From a bacterium (lineage in GTDB: Bacteria; Patescibacteriota; Minisyncoccia; UBA6257; JAUSGH01): a DNA stretch of 64,000 bases. The position numbers and the translations under genes are program-made. Location: positions 10,907-74,906 of the forward strand of contig JAUSGH010000001.1 of assembly GCA_030649055.1 (NCBI GenBank), in the 5' to 3' direction. Shown piece by piece: positions 17,381 to 26,673 of the stretch; within the stretch, counting starts at the first letter, position 1; every line of letters begins with the position of its first letter. Below the pieces are notes generated by a model that saw only the letters and a program-made list of their open reading frames with translations, had not been told where the DNA came from and ran no database searches.

Positions 17381-17992
17381 CTATGACTGCGCGTTGCCGA
17401 CGATCTTCTCGATCATCTGTGTGGTGATGATGCCCTTCGCTCCCTCGACGGCATCCAAGAGCTGATCGAGGCTACCCTTGTGCTGGTCGCAGCCGCCGAT
17501 CTTCGCTTGTATGCGGTCGGGTTCGTAACTGCGGTAGTCCAGCCGGGCACCGCTCTTGAACATCGCGACGACGCGTTCGCCCGCCGCCTTGCACTGGACG
17601 AACGCGGCGATGTTGTTGTAGAGGTTTTCCGGTCCGCCGCAGACGAAGCAACCCGGGGTCTGGTCGAGGCCGATGCCTCTCACCCAGAAGAACTCGCCTT
17701 CGCCATCCGGCCGCTTGTCCGGCTTGCCGTGGGAAGGGGTGCCGCGACGCGGATGCGGCTGGAGTTCGGGGTAGATTGTCTTTTCGGCGTCGTTGCCGAA
17801 TCCGATGGGCGACTTCGTGATGCCTTCCCCCAGAATGACACAACCCTTCTCGCACTCCCCGCAGTTCCACGTTGCCGCGCCACCGCCGGACGCCATGCTG
17901 TAGCCGGAACGGTAGCCGCAGTAGGGACAGCCGAACTCTTTCATCTCAGCGAAGCTGACTGCGATGATGTCAGCGGATTTGTTCTCACTCAT
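17381..17992 (-). CDS. Hypothetical Cys-rich (zinc-ribbon-like) protein, GC-rich
   Basis: GAGGAG RBS. CPYCGY...CGECEKGC and CFVCGG...C motifs. 203 aa. Confidence 0.5.
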   Translation of the reverse strand: MSENKSADIIAVSFAEMKEFGCPYCGYRSGYSMASGGGAATWNCGECEKGCVILGEGITKSPIGFGNDAEKTIYPELQPHPRRGTPSHGKPDKRPDGEGEFFWVRGIGLDQTPGCFVCGGPENLYNNIAAFVQCKAAGERVVAMFKSGARLDYRSYEPDRIQAKIGGCDQHKGSLDQLLDAVEGAKGIITTQMIEKIVGNAQS

Positions 17993-18192
17993 CGCCAGAT
18001 CTCCTCAAAAGAGGGTCTTCCCAAATGCGCCTCGTTAGAACATCTAACGATGCTGGCATAATAGCACGCAATATATTGATTTGTCAAGCGCCGTGAAATC
18101 TCGCATTGCGTGCGTTGCTTAATCGAAAAAATTTTGCTACTCTTCCATATATACTAGTGGCTAAACCCTAGTCGCTAGTGGCTTCTATATAT

Positions 18193-18786
18193 ATGGTCAT
18201 CAACTGGTACGGTGAAGGATGTTTCAAGGTTGCGAGCGGCCCGCTGACGCTGGTTTCCGATCCCTTTGAATCCGGTAACGGATTAACACCGCCGCGGTTT
18301 AAGACCGACTTGGTGTTGAAGACCGGCGGCTACGGCGCGTACGCGTCGGAAAAAGACGCGGAAGCACGGTTGGTTTCAGGCCCTGGCGAATACGAGGTGA
18401 AGGGGATTGAGGTTTCCGGCTACCCATCAGGGGTGGGCGCAGTATATATGGTACGCATGGAAGAAATGCGCCTTGTGTTTCTTGGTGGACTGTCAGCCGA
18501 ACTTACCGCCGACGTCCAGGAGCAGCTCATCGGCGCGCATATACTATTTGTTCCCGCGGGAGGTTCTCCGCAGCTGGAAGCGAAGGATGTCGCGACGCTC
18601 ATCAAAAAACTTGAGCCGAAAATCGTCATCGCGTCATTTTTCAGGATTCCGGAGTTAAAGCGCAAGGCCGAAGATTTGAAAGAGCTTGAAAAATCGATGG
18701 GGCAAAAATTTGAAATTGTTGATAAGCTGACCATCAAAGCGAAAGAAATCGGCGAGGGGTTGCGGCTCATTGCTATGAAGCTATAG
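18193..18786 (+). CDS. MBL-fold metal-dependent hydrolase (UPF0173-like)
   Basis: MVINWYGEGCFKV N-terminus and HILFVPAGG motif are typical of the small beta-lactamase-fold hydrolase family. ATG at 18193 preferred over the GTG at 18178. Confidence 0.6.
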   Translation: MVINWYGEGCFKVASGPLTLVSDPFESGNGLTPPRFKTDLVLKTGGYGAYASEKDAEARLVSGPGEYEVKGIEVSGYPSGVGAVYMVRMEEMRLVFLGGLSAELTADVQEQLIGAHILFVPAGGSPQLEAKDVATLIKKLEPKIVIASFFRIPELKRKAEDLKELEKSMGQKFEIVDKLTIKAKEIGEGLRLIAMKL

Positions 18787-18832
18787 CAATGAAATGTCTA
18801 ATTCCTAATAACTAATTTCTAATTACGGTAGC

Positions 18833-18884
18833 GCTTCGACGGGCTCAGCACATAAATATTTCCTGAGTGGAATCGAAGGAATAC
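18833..18884 (+). repeat. Hairpin-plus-RBS intergenic repeat, copy C
   Basis: cttcgacgggctcagcacataaatatttcctgagtggaatcgaaggaatac. Its AAGGA lies 10 nt before the ATG at 18891. Confidence 0.6.
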
Positions 18885-18890
18885 AATAAC

Positions 18891-19289
18891 ATGAGGCGTT
18901 GGATAGAAGACATAAGAAATTCCGATGAGGCGACAAAGCAGCGCTGGGTTATTGGGTTTACGGTTGCGACATCAAGCATCGTTGTGGCATTGTGGATGGG
19001 ATACGTTGCCTTGCAAGTTCCGGACATCACGCAACCGAAAGCGAGATTACTTGCGAACGCGGGAATAGCGGCGCGGACAATAACCGCCCCGCCTAAAACA
19101 GCGGGCGTCACGGAAACATTTACGGCGGGAGCGGGTGCCATCGCGGACGGCATCGGTTTGCGGTTGAGTCGCGGCATCGCGATGGTGAAAGGGATTCTTG
19201 GTCCCTCAAACACCATCGAGGTGCGCGGAGTAAAACAAGATTTTATACTGAAAGGCGTGGAAGCTGTGCCGGAGACGGAGTTTCCGTAA
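18891..19289 (+). CDS. Small membrane protein (hypothetical)
   Basis: MRRWIEDIRNS... followed by a TM helix (WVIGFTVATSSIVVALWMGYVAL). RBS provided by repeat copy C. Confidence 0.5.
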   Translation: MRRWIEDIRNSDEATKQRWVIGFTVATSSIVVALWMGYVALQVPDITQPKARLLANAGIAARTITAPPKTAGVTETFTAGAGAIADGIGLRLSRGIAMVKGILGPSNTIEVRGVKQDFILKGVEAVPETEFP

Positions 19290-19385
19290 TGTCCGTAGTC
19301 GGACGTCCGAAGACCGGCAGCCGAGTCAGCCGCCTCGTCTTCGGTCAAGCGCAGCGATCGAACATCCGTCATCCAACTTAAACTC

Positions 19386-21809
19386 ATGGACAACGTAGAA
19401 AAACGAGAAATAACCCAGGAGCTTCGCGATTCGTATTTGGATTACGCGATGTCGGTCATTGTGTCGCGCGCGCTGCCGGATGTGCGCGACGGTTTGAAGC
19501 CCGTACAGCGGCGTATTTTGTACACCATGCACGAGCTGGGACTTACCTCCACCGCGAAGTTCAGAAAGTGCGCGAAAATCAGCGGCGACACGACCGGCAA
19601 CTACCACCCGCACGGCACGGTCGCGGTCTACGACGCCTTGGCGCGCATGGCGCAGGATTTTTCGCTGCGTTACCCGCTGATTATCGGCCAGGGAAATTTT
19701 GGATCGATCGACGGCGATCCGCCGGCGGCTGAACGTTACACTGAGGCGAAACTTTCCAAAATCGCGGACGAATTGCTTACCGATATTGATAAAGAAACCG
19801 TGGACTGGCAGCAAAACTATGACGGCGTGCGCATGGAGCCGAAATATTTTCCGGCGAGATTGCCGAACATGCTGTTAAACGGCGCCGTTGGTATTGCCGT
19901 CGGCATGGCAACCAACATCCCCCCGCACAATTTGACGGAAGTGGTGGACGCGACGCTGCACACGATTGATAATCCCGATGCCACCGCTGAAGACCTGATG
20001 AACTTTGTGAAAGGGCCGGATTTTCCGACGGGCGGAATTATTTACGACCGCAAAGCAATCACCGCCGCTTACATCGCCGGCCGGGGTGCCATGACCATCC
20101 GCGCGCTTGCGGAAGTAAAGGAGCGCAAAGGCGCGAAAGGCGAGCAGTACAACATTGAAATCACGGAGATTCCGTACCAGGTGAATAAATCCGAGCTTAT
20201 CGTAAAGATGGCGGAACTCGTGACTGAGAAAAAAATTGACGGTATCCGCGACATCCGCGACGAGTCCGACAAGGACGGTATGTCCATTATTGTTGAATTG
20301 AAAAACGACGTACCTCCGCAAAAGGTATTAAACCAGCTCTATCAATACACCGACCTGCAAAAAGATTTCCATTTGAACCTCTTGGCCTTAGCGGACGGCC
20401 TGCAACCGCGGGTCATGTCCATCAAGGACGTCATCGCGGCATACATTGCTCACCGGAAAAACATGGTGCGCCGCCGCGCGGAGTTTGATTTGCGGAAAGC
20501 CGAGGAGCGCGCGCATATTTTGACCGGTCTCGTGAAGGCGTTGGACGACATTGACGCGGTGATTAACACCATCAAGAAATCCGAAGATCGGAACGCCGCG
20601 CACGCGAACCTGATGAAAAAGTTTAAGTTTTCAGAGATTCAGGCGAACGCGATTTTGGAAATGCGTTTGCAGACGCTGGCCGCGTTGGAACGGGAAAAAC
20701 TTGATGCCGAACTGAAAGAAAAGAAAGCGCTTATCGCGGAACTGCAACTTCTCCTAAAAAGCGCGGCAAAAATTTTGGGCGTCATTAAAAAAGAATTGAC
20801 CGAGTTGAGGGAAAAATACGGCGACGAACGGCGCACGAAAGTGGTGGTCGGGGGACTCAAAGAATTCCGTCAGGAAGACCTCGTGCCGCAGGAAGACGTG
20901 GTGATTACGCTTTCTCATGGCGGCTACATCAAGCGCGTGCTGCCGGAGGCGTTTAAGAGCCAGCACCGCGGGGGCAAGGGACTCATCGGATCGGACGTTG
21001 CCGAGGAAGATTTCCTCCAGCATTTTATTTCCGCGAACACGCACGACAACATGCTCTTTTTCACGGATCGCGGAAGAGTATTTCAGACAAAAGCGTATGA
21101 AATTCCTGAGGGTTCGCGCACGTCAAAGGGAAAGTCCGTGCATAACTTTTTGGAAATTTCTCCGGAAGAAAAAATCAGCGCGGTCATCAGTTACACCAAC
21201 GACGACAAGGGCTACCTGGTAATGGCGACGAAAAACGGCATGGTCAAAAAGACCGCGCTTACTGATTTCGGCAATGTCCGCCGCACCGGCATCATCGCGA
21301 TTCGCCTCAAAAAAGGCGATGAGTTGAATTGGGTTATGCTTTCGTCGGGTGGTGATGAGTTGCTGATCACAACCGCGAATGGTCAGGGTATTCGTTTCAA
21401 AGAATCACAAACCCGGCCGATGAGCCGTACGGCAAGCGGCGTTCGCGGTATCCGCCTCAAGGGGAGCGACCACGTGAGCGGATTGGAAATTGTGAAGAAA
21501 GAAACAAAAGACGCGCGTCTCTTAACCGTCATGGCAAACGGCTATGGCAAGCAAACGGAGGTGAAGGAATATAAAACGCAGAATCGCGGAGGATCGGGTG
21601 TCCGCGCCGCGAAAATTACGGCAAAAACCGGACCGCTGATTTCCGCGCATCTTGTTTCAGACGAAACGGAACTTTTAGTACTTTCAGCAAAAGGACAAAT
21701 CATTCGCACGTCATTGGAAAGCGTCCGCCAAGCCGGCCGCGCCACGCAAGGCGTCCGGATTATGAGCTTGAACGCGGGAGATCATTTGATAGGAGTCATC
21801 TGCCTTTAG
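19386..21809 (+). CDS. gyrA: DNA gyrase subunit A
   Basis: [31 protein letters not shown] and the active-site Tyr region, plus C-terminal beta-pinwheel repeats. 807 aa. Confidence 0.93.
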   Translation: MDNVEKREITQELRDSYLDYAMSVIVSRALPDVRDGLKPVQRRILYTMHELGLTSTAKFRKCAKISGDTTGNYHPHGTVAVYDALARMAQDFSLRYPLIIGQGNFGSIDGDPPAAERYTEAKLSKIADELLTDIDKETVDWQQNYDGVRMEPKYFPARLPNMLLNGAVGIAVGMATNIPPHNLTEVVDATLHTIDNPDATAEDLMNFVKGPDFPTGGIIYDRKAITAAYIAGRGAMTIRALAEVKERKGAKGEQYNIEITEIPYQVNKSELIVKMAELVTEKKIDGIRDIRDESDKDGMSIIVELKNDVPPQKVLNQLYQYTDLQKDFHLNLLALADGLQPRVMSIKDVIAAYIAHRKNMVRRRAEFDLRKAEERAHILTGLVKALDDIDAVINTIKKSEDRNAAHANLMKKFKFSEIQANAILEMRLQTLAALEREKLDAELKEKKALIAELQLLLKSAAKILGVIKKELTELREKYGDERRTKVVVGGLKEFRQEDLVPQEDVVITLSHGGYIKRVLPEAFKSQHRGGKGLIGSDVAEEDFLQHFISANTHDNMLFFTDRGRVFQTKAYEIPEGSRTSKGKSVHNFLEISPEEKISAVISYTNDDKGYLVMATKNGMVKKTALTDFGNVRRTGIIAIRLKKGDELNWVMLSSGGDELLITTANGQGIRFKESQTRPMSRTASGVRGIRLKGSDHVSGLEIVKKETKDARLLTVMANGYGKQTEVKEYKTQNRGGSGVRAAKITAKTGPLISAHLVSDETELLVLSAKGQIIRTSLESVRQAGRATQGVRIMSLNAGDHLIGVICL

Positions 21810-21827
21810 TTGTGGTAATATTGTAGT

Positions 21828-23117
21828 ATGTCTCGTCGGCTTTTGATTACATTGGGAGTTTTGGCGCTCATCGTCGTCCTTTTTGTATTGGTGTTTACCG
21901 GAGTCATCCCCGGTCTCCGAAAGGACATCACCGCGAATAAAGTCGCGCTTTCCATGTGGGGCGTGTTTGACGCGCCGGATGCATTCAGCGCGGTAATAAA
22001 CGCGTATAAAGCGCAAGCGCCGAATGTGTCAATCGCGTACAAGCAATTTGCTCCGGAGGATTATGAGCGTGAACTGGTGAATGCGTTGGCGGCGGGGAAG
22101 GGGCCGGATATGTTCATGGCGCATAACACCTGGCTCCCGAAACACTATGACAAAATGCTTCCGCTGACCGGCGAATCGCTACCCATCGCGACATTTCGGA
22201 ATCTGTTCCCGCGTGTCGTGGAGCAGGACTTCGCGCCGGACGGCCTCATCTATGCCCTTCCTTTATATGTAGACTCTCTGGCGCTCTTCTATAATAAGGA
22301 CGCGTTTGATAACGCGGGCCGTGCCGTGCCGCCGAAAAATTGGGAACAAGTAAATGCCTTGATTCCCAAACTCCGCGCCATTGACCGGAGCGGAAAAATT
22401 ACGAAAGCCGCGGTTGCTATCGGCGGTTCGCCTAAGAGCATCAACCGCGCGACGGATCTGCTTTCGCTTATTATGATGCAGGGCGGCGCGCCGATGGTCT
22501 CCGAGGGTTTCGGCGGCGCGCAGTTTGCCGTGAAAGGGGCGGCTGGGTTGGATTTCTATACGCAGTTTGTTGATCCAAAAAGCCCGCTCTACACATGGAA
22601 TGACCAACTGCACTATTCACTGGACGCATTCGCGGAGGGGAGCGTGGCGATGATGTTTAACTATCAGTACAACATCGCCGCGTTGAAGCAGAAAAATCCG
22701 TTTTTGATGTTCGGCGTCGCCGGAATGCCGCAGCCACGCACCGCCGCGAATCGCGTTGATTACGCGAACTACTTTGGGCTTGCGGTTTCGGGACGTAGCC
22801 GCAACGCAGCCGCGGCGTGGGATTTCATCAAGTTTTTGACGACAAACGAAAATGTTTCCGCGGCGTATCTTCGGGCAAACGGCCATGCGCCGGCGCTTCG
22901 TGTGCTTATTGACGCGCAGAGCGATGAGTCCGACGCCGGCGTGTTCGCGAGGCAGGCATTGACCGCGCGGTCATATCCGCAAATTGACAATACCGAAGTG
23001 GAGCGCGTCATGGGCGAGTTGATTGAGAACGCCATTTACGGAAAACTTCCGAAGGACCGGGCTTTGCGGCAGGCAGAGGATGCGATAACGACGCTGATTA
23101 GGGAACGGGCGAAGTAA
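21828..23117 (+). CDS. Extracellular solute-binding protein (ABC family-1, sugar type), orphan
   Basis: N-terminal TM/signal anchor and a fold typical of maltose/oligosaccharide-binding proteins. No permease or ATPase genes adjacent. Confidence 0.65.
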   Translation: MSRRLLITLGVLALIVVLFVLVFTGVIPGLRKDITANKVALSMWGVFDAPDAFSAVINAYKAQAPNVSIAYKQFAPEDYERELVNALAAGKGPDMFMAHNTWLPKHYDKMLPLTGESLPIATFRNLFPRVVEQDFAPDGLIYALPLYVDSLALFYNKDAFDNAGRAVPPKNWEQVNALIPKLRAIDRSGKITKAAVAIGGSPKSINRATDLLSLIMMQGGAPMVSEGFGGAQFAVKGAAGLDFYTQFVDPKSPLYTWNDQLHYSLDAFAEGSVAMMFNYQYNIAALKQKNPFLMFGVAGMPQPRTAANRVDYANYFGLAVSGRSRNAAAAWDFIKFLTTNENVSAAYLRANGHAPALRVLIDAQSDESDAGVFARQALTARSYPQIDNTEVERVMGELIENAIYGKLPKDRALRQAEDAITTLIRERAK

Positions 23118-23195
23118 TCCCCTTGTCATTCTGAAGCCGATAGCCATCGGCTGAAGAATCTCAGAGATCCTTCGCTCCGCTCAGGATGACACAGC

Positions 23196-23738
23196 ATGCG
23201 TATATTTATGAAAAAATTTTTTATCACATCAAGCATCGCCTTTCTCGCAAACACGTCAATCGTGTCCGCTGCCGGAATCGTTCCGCAGTGCGAAGGCGTC
23301 ACCTGCTCCATCTGCGATCTCATTAAGCTCGCGCATAACGTGATTCAGTATGCTATTCAACTTTCGTTCGCGCTCGCCGTGGGAATGGTGGTGCTTGGTG
23401 GCTATTATCTGATTACCGCCGGCGGTTCGGAAGAAAAAGTGACGCAAGGGAGAAAAATTGTATGGTACGCGGTAGTGGGACTGGGCATCGTGCTCTCGGG
23501 TTGGGTGCTTATCAATACCATGTTTCAGATTCTCATTAAGTCGCCGTCACCGCGGCCATGGAATGATATTCCCGATGATTGCGGATTGCCCGGAGTAGTG
23601 AATACGATGTCGGCGCCGCCGGTGGTTGGGGCGTCCGGCGCGTTGGAGCCTCAGGGTCCATCGAGCGATCTCATGACTAACCCGAACGACGAAATCAATC
23701 AGCGTTTTCGCGCGCCCGGGGGCGGCGGGAGTTTGTAA
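23196..23738 (+). CDS. Pilin-like small membrane protein, paralog 1 (TrbC/VirB2-like architecture)
   Basis: Signal peptide, CxxC, then two TM helices bracketing a LITAGGSEEKV...GRKIVWYAVVGLGIV motif, and a Gly/Pro-rich tail. The start could be the ATG at 23208. Confidence 0.5.
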   Translation: MRIFMKKFFITSSIAFLANTSIVSAAGIVPQCEGVTCSICDLIKLAHNVIQYAIQLSFALAVGMVVLGGYYLITAGGSEEKVTQGRKIVWYAVVGLGIVLSGWVLINTMFQILIKSPSPRPWNDIPDDCGLPGVVNTMSAPPVVGASGALEPQGPSSDLMTNPNDEINQRFRAPGGGGSL

Positions 23739-23792
23739 AGCCCGCACGCTTGCTTAACGGCGGCAGAACAATGTGTTAGGGTAAAATAAATC

Positions 23793-24227
23793 ATGCTTAA
23801 TCTTCTCGTCAAAACTGCGCACGCGATTACTATCGCTAACCCGTTGGGATACAATACGATTTCCGATCTTATTTGCGGCATCGCTGCCGCGTTGGCGGTG
23901 ATTGCCGGAGCTATAGCGGTGATTATGGTGCTCTACGGCGCGTTCCAGATTTTGACCGCCGGAGGAGAACCAAAAAAGTTCGAGGAAGGCAGGCACACCA
24001 TTATTTACGCCGCGATCGGTCTCGCGGTGGTACTTCTTGCGAGCGGCATTGTTTCGCTGGTAGGAAATATTTTAGGTGACGCCGGAATACAAACGGGAAT
24101 CTTCAGCTGCGGACGGGGCGCGCCGACACAAAATATCCCCGTTCCCATCGTTCCGGAACGTAATCCGTTGTGGGGTAATGACTTCCCAATACCGTCATTA
24201 GATGAGCGTTCTACATTGCGTTTATAA
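23793..24227 (+). CDS. Pilin-like small membrane protein, paralog 2
   Basis: ISDLICGIAAALAVIAGAIAVIMVLYGAFQILTAGGEPKKFEEGRHTIIYAAIGLAVVLL shares the architecture of paralog 1. Confidence 0.5.
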   Translation: MLNLLVKTAHAITIANPLGYNTISDLICGIAAALAVIAGAIAVIMVLYGAFQILTAGGEPKKFEEGRHTIIYAAIGLAVVLLASGIVSLVGNILGDAGIQTGIFSCGRGAPTQNIPVPIVPERNPLWGNDFPIPSLDERSTLRL

Positions 24228-24322
24228 CGCATCCCGGGCACTTTCGCTGTTTTTTAGAAACGGATATGTTATATTGAAACCATAGCATTTTACCGAAAGG
24301 TCGATTATTCACAACATTCAAC

Positions 24323-24694
24323 ATGAAAAATACATTAAATAAATTGGCTGTCGCGGGGGTGGTGGTGATGGCGCTTGCTCCGCTCGCGAGCTTCGCGATT
24401 GTCGGCGTCAACCCGACGCTCCCGTCGGCTGATCTCACTCTCGGAAAGGTAACGACTCTCATTGGCACGATTGCCAACTGGATATTCGCCATTTTCCTTG
24501 CCGTCGCGGTGGTGTACATTCTCTACGCGGCGTATTTGTACTTGAAAGGAGAAGAGGCGGAAATTGAAGAGGCGAAAAAGCGTCTTATCGCGGCAGCGAT
24601 TGCCATCGCAATCGCGTTACTCGCAAAAGGTATTCAACCGTTGGTGGAGAACTTGCTCGGAAGCCAAGGGCAAGGAGGCGCAGGAATCCTTTAG
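24323..24694 (+). CDS. Pilin-like small membrane protein, paralog 3
   Basis: Signal peptide, two TM helices and a LYLKGEEAEIEEAKKRL linker. Same family layout as the two upstream genes. Confidence 0.5.
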   Translation: MKNTLNKLAVAGVVVMALAPLASFAIVGVNPTLPSADLTLGKVTTLIGTIANWIFAIFLAVAVVYILYAAYLYLKGEEAEIEEAKKRLIAAAIAIAIALLAKGIQPLVENLLGSQGQGGAGIL

Positions 24695-24712
24695 TAGCAA
24701 GTGTTGCAAATC

Positions 24713-24750
24713 AAAAACTCCCTTGATGTTCATCGGGGGAGTTTTTGATT
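24713..24750 (+). terminator. Intrinsic terminator
   Basis: aaaaactccc-loop-gggagttttt. Confidence 0.6.
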
Positions 24751-24785
24751 TTAGTGATATTATGTTATGATGGCGGGGAAAGCAT

Positions 24786-24871
24786 GCCCTCGTGGTGCAA
24801 CTGGCAGACACGCAGCGCTTAGGACGCTGTCCCCTAAAGGGTTGGAGGTTCAAATCCTCCCGAGGGCACCA
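24786..24871 (+). tRNA. tRNA-Leu (anticodon TAG), class II with long variable arm, CCA encoded
   Basis: Acceptor gccctcg/cgagggc, anticodon stem cagcg/cgctg with loop cttagga, T-arm ggagg-ttcaaat-cctcc, 3' acca. Confidence 0.75.
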
Positions 24872-24895
24872 ATAAACCAAGAACACGTTCGTTAT

Positions 24896-26668
24896 ATGAA
24901 CATCCCATTGATTTATCTTTTTAGAAAAATGTGGCGATACGCCGAAGATAACCGGCGCAACGTGGTGTTGTATATCTCCATGTTTGTGCTGGCGAATCTT
25001 ATAAGCGCTCTTGAACCGCTTATCGTCGGCGTATTTCTGAATGCCGTTCAGTCGGAGGGAGTGCGCGCGGAGAATGTCCCACACCTTTTTCTTCTCCTTT
25101 GCTTGCTCCCGCTTCTTGAAGTAACATTCTGGTCTTTGCACGGACCGGCGAGAACGATTGAGAATAGGAACGCCTTCATTGTTCGCGCGAATTATAAAAA
25201 CTATCTTTTGCGCGGCGTCATCGCTCTGCCCATTGAGTGGCATACCGACCATCATTCCGGAGATACGATTGATAAGATTGATAAAGGAACTGAGGCGCTA
25301 TTCGGTTTTTCAGAACGGACGTTTGAAGTGCTGCAAACGATTATTATGTTAATCGTTTCGTTTGGCGTGCTGTTCTTCTACGACCGCGTCGCGGGAATTG
25401 TGGCGCTCACGATTAGTGCGCTGACGTTTTATATCATTGCACTTTTTGACAGGAAACTTGTGCCGGGATACAAACGCGTGAACCGTATGGGGAACACTAT
25501 TTCCGAGAAAGTTTTTGATGTCTTGAGTAACGTGACGACCGTGATTATCCTTCGCGTCGAATCGCTTGTCCTCGCATCCATCGACACATTCATCCGGAAA
25601 CCGTTCGCGCAGTATAATATCAACAGCAAATTGAACGAATGGAAATGGTTTTCCGCGGCATTCCTCGGGCGGATGGCGGTTGTTGTAGTGGTCGGTCTGT
25701 ATCTCTTTTCGCGTCTCGGGACGGGGAGCATTCTTATCGGCACGATTTACATTCTCTATGGTTATGCAAATCAGATACGCGAGGCATTCTTCAAATTTTC
25801 ATTTCTCTATAACGACATTGTCCGTTATCGGACATCGGTCAGTAACGCCGAAGAGCTTTCGGAAAATTTTCGCGACGCCGGCGTGTCCGCGGGAAGACAA
25901 CTTCCTGGAGAATGGTCGGTTATCGCGGTCGACGGATTATCGTTCTCATACCATGCGGAAGATGGCGCAACCCTTCACTTGGATAACGTCTCCTTGAGTG
26001 TGCGCAAGGGAGAACGCATTGCGTTTATCGGTGAAAGCGGCGGAGGAAAAAGTACGTTCCTCAAGGTCATGCGCGACCTTTACCACCCGAGGACGCTTGC
26101 GCTAACGGTGGATGGAACACCGATGCCCGAAGGGTTTCTCGCGATTAGCGACTCAATCTCCCTTATTCCGCAAGATCCGGAAATATTCGCAACCACCATA
26201 CGGGAAAATATTACGTTGGGCGTTGATTACACGGATGAACACGTCGGCGCGTTCACCGACATGGCCGCATTTACTGACGTGGTCAGGCGTCTTCCGAAAG
26301 GGCTGGAGTCGTCAATCGTGGAGAAGGGGGTGAACTTGTCCGGAGGTGAGAAACAGCGCCTTGCACTGACGCGCGGACTTTTGGCGTCCGTTGACAAAGA
26401 TATTGTGCTGCTGGATGAACCGACGAGCAGCGTTGATTTTCATAATGAGCTCCAAATCTACGAGAACATATTTAGCGCGTTCCCAAATAAAACGATTATT
26501 TCCTCCGTGCATCGCCTGCATTTGCTGTCGCTTTTCAACTCCGTCTACTTTTTGCGGGACGGAAAAATCATCGCTGCGGGTTCATTTGAGGAGCTGAAAA
26601 AATCATCGCTCGAGTTTCAGGAGTTGTGGGAACAATACATCCGTACGAGAGATGCCTCGGTGTTGTAG
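24896..26668 (+). CDS. ABC transporter permease/ATP-binding fusion protein (MsbA-like exporter)
   Basis: Six-TM N-domain plus NBD with Walker A GESGGGKST, signature LSGGEKQRLALTRGL and Walker B ILLDEPTSSVD. Start trimmed to the ATG at 24896 because the longer ORF overlaps tRNA-Leu. Confidence 0.85.
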   Translation: MNIPLIYLFRKMWRYAEDNRRNVVLYISMFVLANLISALEPLIVGVFLNAVQSEGVRAENVPHLFLLLCLLPLLEVTFWSLHGPARTIENRNAFIVRANYKNYLLRGVIALPIEWHTDHHSGDTIDKIDKGTEALFGFSERTFEVLQTIIMLIVSFGVLFFYDRVAGIVALTISALTFYIIALFDRKLVPGYKRVNRMGNTISEKVFDVLSNVTTVIILRVESLVLASIDTFIRKPFAQYNINSKLNEWKWFSAAFLGRMAVVVVVGLYLFSRLGTGSILIGTIYILYGYANQIREAFFKFSFLYNDIVRYRTSVSNAEELSENFRDAGVSAGRQLPGEWSVIAVDGLSFSYHAEDGATLHLDNVSLSVRKGERIAFIGESGGGKSTFLKVMRDLYHPRTLALTVDGTPMPEGFLAISDSISLIPQDPEIFATTIRENITLGVDYTDEHVGAFTDMAAFTDVVRRLPKGLESSIVEKGVNLSGGEKQRLALTRGLLASVDKDIVLLDEPTSSVDFHNELQIYENIFSAFPNKTIISSVHRLHLLSLFNSVYFLRDGKIIAAGSFEELKKSSLEFQELWEQYIRTRDASVL

Positions 26669-26673
26669 GCGCC

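Noticed and set aside
24767-24895. N-terminal extension of the ABC-exporter ORF (MMAGKACPRG...)
   Set aside because: It overlaps the tRNA-Leu gene at 24786-24871. The real start is the ATG at 24896 (MNIPLIY).
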